Source: an uncultured Methanosarcinales archaeon (lineage in GTDB: Archaea; Nanobdellota; Nanobdellia; Woesearchaeales; CAYZNE01). From it: DNA of 64,000 nt. The position numbers and the translations under genes are program-made. A model generated the notes under the pieces. It was not told the origin of the DNA and searched no databases. It worked only from the letters and a program-made list of their open reading frames with translations. Position 1 is the stretch's first letter; each line of letters begins with the position of its first letter. This document shows, piece by piece, positions 38,135 to 46,252 of the stretch. The stretch lies in assembly GCA_964405295.1 (NCBI GenBank), contig CAYONI010000003.1, forward strand, positions 5,159-69,158, in the 5' to 3' direction.

Positions 38135-38714
38135 GAGATCACAAATGACTAAGAGATTAAATTTATGTGGAAAATTGCTTCATACATTTACAGCATTTTT
38201 TCCTATGTACATATACTGGGCATACTTCTTTTCGACTAAAATCGAATCATGGGATATAAAGGATGTGATAAATACAAACTCAATAATATTTATAGTTTTG
38301 ATTTTACTATCAATTTTATCTGTGTACCTATTTTATATTGTAATTTTGAAGAAAACAAAAAGTCCAGATAAAGAATTCAATATAAAAAGTAGTGAAAAGA
38401 AAGCCACACAAATTAAATATATTGTCATGTCTCTTTTACCCTTCATGCTCTTTTTTGGGGAATTCTTTAATAATAATACTATCTCATTATGGAGTGTTAT
38501 CATTGGTACTATTTTCTTCATAGTTGTAGGCTTAATCTTAGTAATGAAAGAAGAAACAGGAATTTTATATAATCTTTTTTACATTCCATATAACATCTTA
38601 AATGTGAAAATGGAAAATGGAAAGGAGATAATAATCATATCTAAAAAAAATAATCTCACTGGTTTTATTAAAGTTTATCAGTTAGATAAAAGGGTGTTTA
38701 AAGAATGGAATTAG
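38121..38714 (+). CDS. Hypothetical 4-TM membrane protein (197 aa); second gene of the operon
   Basis: Four hydrophobic helices and a soluble tail of about 60 aa. Overlaps both neighbours. Confidence 0.4.
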   Translation: MKKNKRSQMTKRLNLCGKLLHTFTAFFPMYIYWAYFFSTKIESWDIKDVINTNSIIFIVLILLSILSVYLFYIVILKKTKSPDKEFNIKSSEKKATQIKYIVMSLLPFMLFFGEFFNNNTISLWSVIIGTIFFIVVGLILVMKEETGILYNLFYIPYNILNVKMENGKEIIIISKKNNLTGFIKVYQLDKRVFKEWN

Positions 38715-39709
38715 ATTTACAAGATTGGGTTATTGAAGCTTTTTTAATCAAAAGAGATAACAGACCTTCTGTTTCGGATCAAGATTATCTAAAAGCCGAT
38801 AAATTAAATATAACTGATGAGAATTTAAAAACTAAGTTTAAAGATATTTTAAAAAAGTATTTGTGTGATGAATCGAGCAATCTATCAGTAGATTTAAATA
38901 ATTATTATCCCTATATGACTGATGATTCAAAGGAGAAAAACTATAAGATAACAAAAGAAAATGTTGATGATCTAAATAACTATTTCAATAATCTTATTGA
39001 AGTTGTTATAGATGATACAATTGAGGGGAATGTTATTTCTGATAATTTTTCTAAATATTATGCAATGGTTATAAATTTCTCCCATGGGGATCAGAATATT
39101 GTAATTTTTCGAAAACTGAAAAGAGTCACTGTTGGAAAATTTATCGGTGGAATCTTCGATGGAAGCGTTAAAGAATTAGCCAATGATCTTCTTTTCGTTG
39201 ATGACTCAATTGATTTTGTCTATTTTGTAAATTTTATTGTAGATGGTAGAACTAATGAAGAAAGAAAAAAACTTAATAATTACATTTTGGTATATAATAG
39301 AAGAAATTTTGAAGTTGTTTTTAAAATTAACGAATACAGGATTACAAAATCAGAAGAATTCTTTAACAAATACTCTTTTATTGAAATTGCAGACATTGAA
39401 ACAGATAAAGAGTATGAAGATGGAACTAAATTAAAACTAAAAGGGGACATAGTAGAGGATGGTAGATTAAATTCACAAATTACAAGAATAAATAATATAT
39501 CTTCAGATGAAATTACATTTGATAAAATTAAACAGATAAAAGAAGAAAGAGGCAATAAGTATTCTTTTAATATTGTGAATAACAAAATAAAAATTGATGA
39601 TAAAGCACAGATTAAGGATTTAATTGATTTAATTGATGAAAAAATAGGTTTTCCTGATTGGAATAGAACTAAATTAGTTAGATATCCAAATAAAGGAGAG
39701 GATTTATAG
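38705..39709 (+). CDS. Hypothetical soluble protein (334 aa); third gene of the operon
   Basis: ORF only. 10-nt overlap with the upstream gene. Confidence 0.35.
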   Translation: MELDLQDWVIEAFLIKRDNRPSVSDQDYLKADKLNITDENLKTKFKDILKKYLCDESSNLSVDLNNYYPYMTDDSKEKNYKITKENVDDLNNYFNNLIEVVIDDTIEGNVISDNFSKYYAMVINFSHGDQNIVIFRKLKRVTVGKFIGGIFDGSVKELANDLLFVDDSIDFVYFVNFIVDGRTNEERKKLNNYILVYNRRNFEVVFKINEYRITKSEEFFNKYSFIEIADIETDKEYEDGTKLKLKGDIVEDGRLNSQITRINNISSDEITFDKIKQIKEERGNKYSFNIVNNKIKIDDKAQIKDLIDLIDEKIGFPDWNRTKLVRYPNKGEDL

Positions 39710-39828
39710 AATTCATAGAAGAATCAATTATTAATTGTCTTATTATTGATAGATACTAACGTATAAGTTAAATTGTATATATTATTCCTTGAAAAAGTTT
39801 AAATACTAGGTACGTCTTTCTATAATTT

Positions 39829-40032
39829 ATGGTATTCAATATATTAGATATAGTATTTTTAGTATTGGCTATTCTTGGCTGCTTGGATAAATTGGTATTA
39901 ATATTGGACGGTTTTTTTGATTTCCTAGGAGACTTTGTTAAGGGAATATTTGAATTTGTTGATGAAAATGTTGATATAGTTTTTTGGGTGATAATCATTT
40001 ATATGCTTCTTAAATTGTCTGGCACAATATGA
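39829..40032 (+). CDS. Small hydrophobic peptide ORF (67 aa, 2 TM). Uncertain gene.
   Basis: ORF-track entry with a strongly hydrophobic sequence. Lies just upstream of the GC-rich RNA-like element. Confidence 0.2.
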   Translation: MVFNILDIVFLVLAILGCLDKLVLILDGFFDFLGDFVKGIFEFVDENVDIVFWVIIIYMLLKLSGTI

Positions 40033-40040
40033 TTAATTAA

Positions 40041-40150
40041 GGTTTCAATCCTAAGCTAAACCCAAGCCATCCTAGAGCACCTCCTCGATGATAGGTCCTG
40101 CATAGGGTCGACAAGATGCACGGTGGGAGCAAGGGATTTAAGTCGGTATT
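40041..40150 (+). ncRNA. GC-rich structured RNA-like element ending in GGGCTTTTTTT (T-tract terminator); unidentified sRNA candidate
   Basis: About 110 nt. GC is well above the roughly 30% background. Internal stems such as TGCAT...ATGCA. Ends in an oligo-T 80 bp upstream of the next gene's TATA box. Confidence 0.3.
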
Positions 40151-40230
40151 TTGGGCTTTTTTTATTAAATTTGATATATTTTCTAAGAAGATAGACAAAA
40201 TTTATATATTCTATATGAATCTTAAATGTT

Positions 40231-41439
40231 ATGTCATCACAAAAGCATTCAGCAAATTTCTTAGAGGTAAAAAAGTTATATTTTGATGAAAAAAAGAAGA
40301 TAAAAAATATTGAATTTAAGTTTAGTAAAAAAAAGGGAGATTACGCAAAATTCGTATTTATGACTGAGGGGGAAGATATTGTCATTGAAGGTGTTGAACA
40401 AGATTTTGTTGAATTATCTTTTCAGTTTAAATCTACTATTAGAGAGGGGGTTGGAGAATTAATAGATTTAAGAACTACCCCTGCATATAATACCGAAACT
40501 TACTATAATAATATTGAATATTTTATCCCTAAAGGCTTTACAGATATTAAAGAAATAAGCCAAAAATTTAGTAATGGAACTGCAAAAATCAAGCCTCAAA
40601 CAAATATAAAACAAGGGATAGTGGATATTTTGGAGAAAAAATTTCAATCAAATGATGCAGAAGAAATTATCAAATGTTATTTTGAAGCAATCTCTTTACA
40701 CCTTTTACGTATGAAACCAATCTTAAAATTATTCCAACTTGTAGAAAAGAAGCTAGTTAAAAATTCTGCAAGATTTAAAACTTATATGGGTGAATGTGAT
40801 AAAATTTTTAAGGAAGCTTTGAAAGATAAGCCTGTTCTAGAGTCAGTCCAAATTCTTCATAAAAAATGTCAAGCGGATATAGATTATCTTTTAATTAATT
40901 TTAAAGATATTATAGGGAGTATAGATTTGCGTTGGAGAGAAATGTATAAAACTACTGGTGGAAAACTAGATGGTGATAAAGCAATGCAGTATATTGTTCC
41001 AGATTATGCTAGAATATTTGAAATTGCAAAAGATGTCTTAGTTGATTTCGCATTAATGCTTAAGACAGATGAAGATGACATTGAGATTAATTCTGAGGAG
41101 CAAGTAATCGCTTTTTTAAAAAGAAAAGGATATTCAAATCTTGTTGGAACTATTGATAACGATATTAGGAATGGGTCTGCACATTCATCTATAGATTATA
41201 CTTCTATTAAAGGTAAACTTATTATATATAATAGTAATAAGAAAAATAAGCGAGAAATTAAAAAAGTGTCTTTTAGTGATATGTTGAGAAAATATGATTC
41301 TTTATCAGATTTAACATTTGCTGTACTTTTTTCTTATTTAATGAGTAGGGAGCTTTATTATCTTTGGGCTCTTGATTCTCCAGATTTTAAGTTTTATGTT
41401 GTTGAAAATAAACCAAAATCGAGGACACAAAATTTATAA
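40231..41439 (+). CDS. Hypothetical protein with a C-terminal HEPN-like Rx4H motif (RNGSAH), an Abi_2/AbiD-AbiF-like candidate
   Basis: DNDIRNGSAHSSIDY at about residue 312-326 of 402 matches the RNxxAH HEPN RNase motif of Abi-like proteins. The N-terminal domain is unassigned. Confidence 0.35.
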   Translation: MSSQKHSANFLEVKKLYFDEKKKIKNIEFKFSKKKGDYAKFVFMTEGEDIVIEGVEQDFVELSFQFKSTIREGVGELIDLRTTPAYNTETYYNNIEYFIPKGFTDIKEISQKFSNGTAKIKPQTNIKQGIVDILEKKFQSNDAEEIIKCYFEAISLHLLRMKPILKLFQLVEKKLVKNSARFKTYMGECDKIFKEALKDKPVLESVQILHKKCQADIDYLLINFKDIIGSIDLRWREMYKTTGGKLDGDKAMQYIVPDYARIFEIAKDVLVDFALMLKTDEDDIEINSEEQVIAFLKRKGYSNLVGTIDNDIRNGSAHSSIDYTSIKGKLIIYNSNKKNKREIKKVSFSDMLRKYDSLSDLTFAVLFSYLMSRELYYLWALDSPDFKFYVVENKPKSRTQNL

Positions 41440-41608
41440 GCCCTAGTGTCCTCTTTATACGTATAAAACATCCAAAAAAAGTTAAAATGAAAAAAAAGTT
41501 AAACATAACTTTAGAACCTGAAATTCATAATTACCTAAAGAAGAATAAAGCTAATATAAGTTGATATATTGAGAAATTAGTACTTTTAGATTCTATTAAA
41601 GAAAACAA

Positions 41609-41679
41609 TGCAAAAGGCGGGAATCGAACCCGCACCGAAGCCTTGGCAAGGCCCCATTCTACCACTAAACTACCTCTGC
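41609..41679 (-). tRNA. tRNA-Gly (anticodon GCC), 71 nt
   Basis: Minus strand. Acceptor GCAGAGG/CTTTTGC with 2 G-U pairs. D loop AGTGGTAGAAT. Anticodon loop TTGCCAA. T arm GCGGG-TTCGATT-CCCGC. Discriminator A. Confidence 0.7.
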
Positions 41680-41721
41680 ATAAAGAATATTTTGCCACAT
41701 AAATGATAATTAAAAAAATAG

Positions 41722-41794
41722 TGGGCCTGCCCGGACTCGAACCGGGGATCAACGCCGTGTAAGGGCGCTGTCATAGCCACTAGACCACAAGCCC
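41722..41794 (-). tRNA. tRNA-Val (anticodon TAC), 73 nt
   Basis: Minus strand. Acceptor GGGCTTG/CAGGCCC. Anticodon stem GCGCC/GGCGT with loop CTTACAC. T arm CCCGG-TTCGAGT-CCGGG. Discriminator A. Confidence 0.8.
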
Positions 41795-41955
41795 ATGATA
41801 TTCAATGAGAGAAGTATTTTATTTAAAAATGTTATGCACAAAATTAAAAATTTTGGCATATTGGAAATTTAATTTCCCCTATGGACAGACAAGGTTTTGC
41901 ATACTGAGAATCTCTGATTCTTATTATGCAAAAAATAAAAAACTTATAAATAAAT

Positions 41956-42735
41956 TTGCACTTTGCTCAAATTATGGGATCACTAGAACAAGCAATAGGC
42001 AAAGAGAAGACTGATTACCTACGAAATGTAATAATTATAGATGCAGTTGTAGCTAATGATATTAAAACTTTAAACTTGGACAATGAAGATCTAACTGATT
42101 TAAGATTATTCAAGTGCGCAAATTTAAGTAATAAAACCGAGTCTTATATGGAGCAGCTAGTTAAAAGTGATTATCAAGATGTATTAGATTTTATTTTAGA
42201 TATACCAGATTTATTTCTAAGCAATGAAATATTCCAAAAAATGAGTAAAAATGCAATTAATTTAAGATTGAGTTCATCATTTGAACTAGCTAAAAAAATA
42301 GATGCTTCAGGAAAAAACATATTCGAGCCAGATTCCAAACTTCCATTAGTAGGTATTATCTACAATTTAATTCAAGGTAGTGTTCCAGTATATTCTATCA
42401 TAAATCCTAAGATTGAATTATTAAAATCAACTCTTTGTAATATATTAGGTGTTGATTATAATTCTATTTCTTCATTTGATGAATGGTATACAAAACAACA
42501 AGATGAAGAATATACCCTAATCAACTTAAAAGACCAATCTAAATCAAATAGCAGTATTCTTAGAGCAAAAAGATTTAATATACCTATAGCCTCGTCACAC
42601 ATCCCTTCAGAAAGTGAGAATATGCAATTTAAAATATTAAAAAAAAGTCATCAAATGGAACAATATAATTTATGTGGCAGTGTTAAAAATTATCAAGTTC
42701 CTCTTAGAATAAATATTGCTACACCAATAAAATAA
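41956..42735 (+). CDS. Hypothetical protein (259 aa)
   Basis: ORF only. The probable start is the internal Met MGSLEQ. Confidence 0.3.
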   Translation: MHFAQIMGSLEQAIGKEKTDYLRNVIIIDAVVANDIKTLNLDNEDLTDLRLFKCANLSNKTESYMEQLVKSDYQDVLDFILDIPDLFLSNEIFQKMSKNAINLRLSSSFELAKKIDASGKNIFEPDSKLPLVGIIYNLIQGSVPVYSIINPKIELLKSTLCNILGVDYNSISSFDEWYTKQQDEEYTLINLKDQSKSNSSILRAKRFNIPIASSHIPSESENMQFKILKKSHQMEQYNLCGSVKNYQVPLRINIATPIK

Positions 42736-42834
42736 AAAGAAAAAATGCTCAATCAATCAAAAAAAGCTAAGCTTTTTTGGTGCACCAAAAACCTGTAATT
42801 TTTGTTTGAATTACAAATTATTGGCACCGACAAA
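42736..42834 (+). repeat. Copy 3 (expanded, with an internal palindromic insertion) of the dispersed hairpin element
   Basis: aaaaATGCTCAATcaatc...AAAAAAGCtaaGCTTTTTT...GGTGCACC...ATTATTGGCACCGAcaaaTCGG. Lies between convergent stops. Confidence 0.6.
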
Positions 42835-42840
42835 TCGGAA

Positions 42841-43038
42841 CTAAATTAATTCACCAAGTTCAACAGAATAATTATCTTCTATTAAACTATCATCTAAGTC
42901 TTGAATTACTTCAACGTCAACCTGATCATCAGTTAAATCATCAACACTTGTTTGATCATTAACTTGAGTTGTACAACCACTTAAGATTGTTAACCCCAAT
43001 ACTAAAAGTAAAATAAGAGCAGTTATTTGTTTTTTCAT
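42841..43038 (-). CDS. Small acidic lipoprotein-like protein (65 aa)
   Basis: Signal peptide with LSGC lipobox-like cysteine. Asp/Glu-rich mature part. Confidence 0.35.
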   Translation of the reverse strand: MKKQITALILLLVLGLTILSGCTTQVNDQTSVDDLTDDQVDVEVIQDLDDSLIEDNYSVELGELI

Positions 43039-43931
43039 TAATTGTTCACCCCATTACCTGAAGATGCACTGTTTCCTATTGCTCCAGCGTTTGACAATTC
43101 CGCTCTTACCCTTTCTTTCAAAGTAGTAATGTTTGAATTTCTTAACCTATGCATTATAGCGTCTTTTTGCACTTCTAGTTTAGTCTTAGCTTCTCTTATT
43201 TTTAAAATTGCTTGTTTTTTTGCTTCATTATCAAGACTATTTAACATTTTGGCAACTTCACTTCTTATTTCACCGTAATTAGCTTCTCCCGCTTTAACAG
43301 CACCTATTAACCTAGAATTATTTATGCCAACTCTATTAAACACAGCCATAACTTGCTCTGAATTATACTTTACTTTTCTTTCTCTTATTTGATTAGAAAG
43401 ATTAATTGTTTCGTTTGTTTCAATATTTCTAACTCTCTCTCTTAACTGTAAAGATTCACTTTCACCAATTATATCATGAGAAATTTCTCTAAATAATTTA
43501 ACAAGTTCTTTTGCTTCTACTTTTAGATTGTGGTATATAGAAATATAGTCTTCTGCATCTACAGTAAAATCAATACTTTGTGTTTTTCCCAATACTTCAC
43601 CAAGTTTCATAATAATAGACTCTAAATCAGCAGTATCTTCGTCAGGATAGTTCTCATTAATATACTCTACAATTTTTTTTTGTCCTTGAACAGATTTTAA
43701 TATTGCTTCTTCAAGTTGTAAAAATCTCATCTCTAAACCATATGCATTATACATTGGTGCTAACTCTTCTTCAGATAACTCTGTATTTTCAATTACAGCA
43801 TCACTTGAAGCAGTAATTAAATCTGCAGCAGGTGCTGCATCAGCTGAATCTTCTATTGCCATAGCAAATGGCATAACAGCCAATGCGAATAATACGATAA
43901 ATGCGATTGCATATATTCTTTCAATTTTCAT
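43038..43931 (-). CDS. Secreted coiled-coil hypothetical protein
   Basis: Signal peptide. Predicted long helical/coiled-coil body. Confidence 0.35.
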   Translation of the reverse strand: MKIERIYAIAFIVLFALAVMPFAMAIEDSADAAPAADLITASSDAVIENTELSEEELAPMYNAYGLEMRFLQLEEAILKSVQGQKKIVEYINENYPDEDTADLESIIMKLGEVLGKTQSIDFTVDAEDYISIYHNLKVEAKELVKLFREISHDIIGESESLQLRERVRNIETNETINLSNQIRERKVKYNSEQVMAVFNRVGINNSRLIGAVKAGEANYGEIRSEVAKMLNSLDNEAKKQAILKIREAKTKLEVQKDAIMHRLRNSNITTLKERVRAELSNAGAIGNSASSGNGVNN

Positions 43932-44013
43932 TTTGCCTCCTTAGCACTAACTTGTGCTTATATTATATAATAAAGTGGAACAACATATCTATTTATCCCG
44001 GAACAAGCCGGAA

Positions 44014-44712
44014 CTAAGCGGAATCTTCATTAATGGAAATAAGATTAGACATTCCCACTTGTTCCTTTTTTAATAAACCTTTTTTTACCATTGTTTCAAT
44101 GTTTCTAGAAATAGAAGACTTTGGTAAGTGTGTAATATCTTGTATTTGTTTTTGGGTCATTGACTTTTTATTCTTAACAAGTATTTCATAAATAGTTTTT
44201 TGTCTAAGAGCCATTGCAGGAAGTTTTGGTTTAGGTTTCTTATTCTTCTTTTTTAATAAGTAATATCCTACTCCAAATATAACAAAAACAATTATTACAT
44301 ATAACCACAAATAATTAGCAGAATTATAACTATTAATACTATACTGAACGACAATCGAAAATTTCTGATTTTTACCAGTTCCAATAATAGATAACCCAGA
44401 AGAAGAGTCCTCTATCCTTGCGAACTCCGGCATCTTCATATAATTCACAACTGCGTTCTTCGGAAGTTTTAGTTCATAGATAAAATTACTAAAATAGTCA
44501 TCTGTTGAAACATTTACAATCCAATGCTTTCCATTTTTAGAAGTAAACTCAGTTGAATCCTCAACATCTAATAAATGGTGATTGGTCTCACCAGAAATAG
44601 TTGTCAAACCAGCATTATCAATAGATATAATGACATCTGCATAATAATCCTGAGCATAAGTAGAACTGACAAATATCAATACTAATAACAGAATCAACAA
44701 TCCACTCTTCAT
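44014..44712 (-). CDS. Secreted/membrane protein with an extracytoplasmic domain, a TM helix and a C-terminal cytoplasmic wHTH; a membrane-tethered regulator
   Basis: Signal peptide. TM at about 160-180. C-terminal MTQKQIQDITHLPKSSISRNIETMVKKGLLKK is wHTH-like. Confidence 0.4.
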   Translation of the reverse strand: MKSGLLILLLVLIFVSSTYAQDYYADVIISIDNAGLTTISGETNHHLLDVEDSTEFTSKNGKHWIVNVSTDDYFSNFIYELKLPKNAVVNYMKMPEFARIEDSSSGLSIIGTGKNQKFSIVVQYSINSYNSANYLWLYVIIVFVIFGVGYYLLKKKNKKPKPKLPAMALRQKTIYEILVKNKKSMTQKQIQDITHLPKSSISRNIETMVKKGLLKKEQVGMSNLISINEDSA

Positions 44713-44824
44713 ATAGGTATTTTATAAATAGATTATTATAAAGTTTGTCCTTTAAGAAACAAAAGCTTTTTATATGGTTCTTAAATCTCTAAAGCTATAA
44801 CATATTTAAAAGGTAAATAAGACA

Positions 44825-45046
44825 ATGGTAAAGAAAATTCATACTAGACAAAAAAGAAAATTCAATTTAACTTCAAGTTTTGGGCATAAAAACTTTTTTT
44901 CAGGAAAAGTTAAACCACACAGACCAAAAACTTTCAAAACTAAAGAAGCAGCAAACGAATATGCTAAAACAAAGGGTTTGAAAGAAACTGGATACATCCT
45001 AGTTCCTGCAAAAAAAGGTAAAAAAATCAAAATAGAACTAGTTTAA
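44825..45046 (+). CDS. Small basic hypothetical protein (73 aa)
   Basis: ORF only. Confidence 0.25.
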   Translation: MVKKIHTRQKRKFNLTSSFGHKNFFSGKVKPHRPKTFKTKEAANEYAKTKGLKETGYILVPAKKGKKIKIELV

Positions 45047-45109
45047 ACTTATTACAATTTGTGCTTATCCAAATTATAATGACCAAAAATCCTTGATTTT
45101 TGTGTTTAT

Positions 45110-45223
45110 TTGTGGGGGTAGCAAAGTCTGGTCAAATGCGCAGGACTTAAGATTTTGGACACTCATGTGTAAATGAGACATCCTGTCCTTTAGTAGGTTC
45201 GAGGGTTCGAATCCCTTCCCCCA
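45110..45223 (+). tRNA. tRNA-Leu (anticodon TAA) with a 28-nt intron at the canonical 37/38 position, intron about 45150-45178; long variable arm
   Basis: Acceptor GTGGGGG/CCCCCAC. 3-bp D stem GCA/TGC with loop AAGTCTGGTCAAA. Anticodon stem CAGGA/TCCTG with loop CTTAAGA. Intron ttttggacactcatgtgtaaatgagaca. Variable arm TCCTTTAGTAGGTTC. T arm GAGGG-TTCGAAT-CCCTT. Discriminator A. Confidence 0.8.
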
Positions 45224-45232
45224 CATATTCAT

Positions 45233-45350
45233 CTGCCTCCGTAGCATAGTGGTGGTGCGGCTGCCTAGTAAACAAAAACCTTAATGGTTTTTGATCCTTT
45301 AACGAGGGTTAAAGAAAGCAGCAGGTCCTGCGTTCAAATCGCAGCGGAGG
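45233..45350 (+). tRNA. Intron-containing tRNA. The intron is about 46 nt at about 45270-45315. The anticodon loop reads CUAGUAA (apparent anticodon AGU) with discriminator U, so it is Thr-like, but the identity is uncertain.
   Basis: Acceptor GCCTCCG/CGGAGGC (7 perfect bp). D stem GCA/TGC. Anticodon stem GCTGC/GCAGC. Variable AGGTC. T arm CTGCG-TTCAAAT-CGCAG. The intervening 52 nt contain two internal hairpins. Confidence 0.65.
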
Positions 45351-45417
45351 CTTATTTCTCTTAATAAAATTTAGATAACTAGAAAAGAACGTAAACCGTT
45401 AAACTAATTTTTAATAA

Positions 45418-46200
45418 TTAAATATCTTTTAGAAGTTTTAAAACATCCGAATGAACATTTCCATTTGAAGCTAATATTGAAGTTGATTTAAGATCTATTT
45501 TTTTACCTTGAATATCTGTTACTATACCACCTGCTTCTTCAACAAGAAGTGCTCCAGGCAAAATATCCCAAGGATAGGTTATAATATTAAAAAAGACATC
45601 AAATTTACCTTCCGAAATATAAGTCATAGCCGCAATACCAGATCCAAGTATACGCATATGCAAAGTTTTATTGAAAATATTACCTAGGGCTATAATTGTC
45701 CTTGCCCTTGCTTCTTTTTTTGAAGATATATGGGTCATAACAACTGACTTTTTTAATTTAAAATTACTATTAACTTTTATCTTTATATTATTTAAGAAAG
45801 CACCTTTACCTTTCTCAGCAAAATATAAATTATCTTTTACAGGATTATAAATTGCAGTGATTATAGGTTTATCCTTTTCAACTAAACATATAGCAACTCT
45901 AAAAGGGGACATTCCATGATAATAATTCATTGTACCGTCTATAGGATCAACAACCCAAATATATTCAGAAGCATTATCAATCATACCTTCTTCTTCAGAG
46001 TAAATACTGTGATCAGGAAAATGTAGTTTAATATTATTAATTATTATTTTTTCTGCTTGAATATCTATTTCAGTAACAATATCACTTTTTGCTTTAAAAG
46101 AACAAGATTTAACTTTGTCTAAATTTTCTAATATAATTTTTCCTGCAGCTTTTGCAGAATCAATTGCAACTTTTTTGGCTAAAACGTAATCCATACACAA
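45418..46200 (-). CDS. Inositol monophosphatase / fructose-1,6-bisphosphatase family (IMPase/SuhB-like)
   Basis: WVVDPIDGTMNYYHG is the DPIDGT motif. About 260 aa. Confidence 0.8.
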   Translation of the reverse strand: MCMDYVLAKKVAIDSAKAAGKIILENLDKVKSCSFKAKSDIVTEIDIQAEKIIINNIKLHFPDHSIYSEEEGMIDNASEYIWVVDPIDGTMNYYHGMSPFRVAICLVEKDKPIITAIYNPVKDNLYFAEKGKGAFLNNIKIKVNSNFKLKKSVVMTHISSKKEARARTIIALGNIFNKTLHMRILGSGIAAMTYISEGKFDVFFNIITYPWDILPGALLVEEAGGIVTDIQGKKIDLKSTSILASNGNVHSDVLKLLKDI

Positions 46201-46252
46201 GATAAAATAGTATTAATATAAAAATATTTCTATTTAGAAAACTAAATACTCT

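Noticed and set aside
40041-40150. C/D-box sRNA, SRP RNA or 5S rRNA identity for the GC-rich element
   Set aside because: There is no RUGAUGA or CUGA box pair (cGAUGAUa is present but has no matching D box). The element is too short for SRP or RNase P RNA, and the sequence does not match the 5S consensus. It is left as an unidentified structured element.
41531-41752. 73-aa minus-strand ORF
   Set aside because: It overlaps both tRNA-Gly and tRNA-Val, so it is a spurious ORF created by the GC-rich tRNA sequences.
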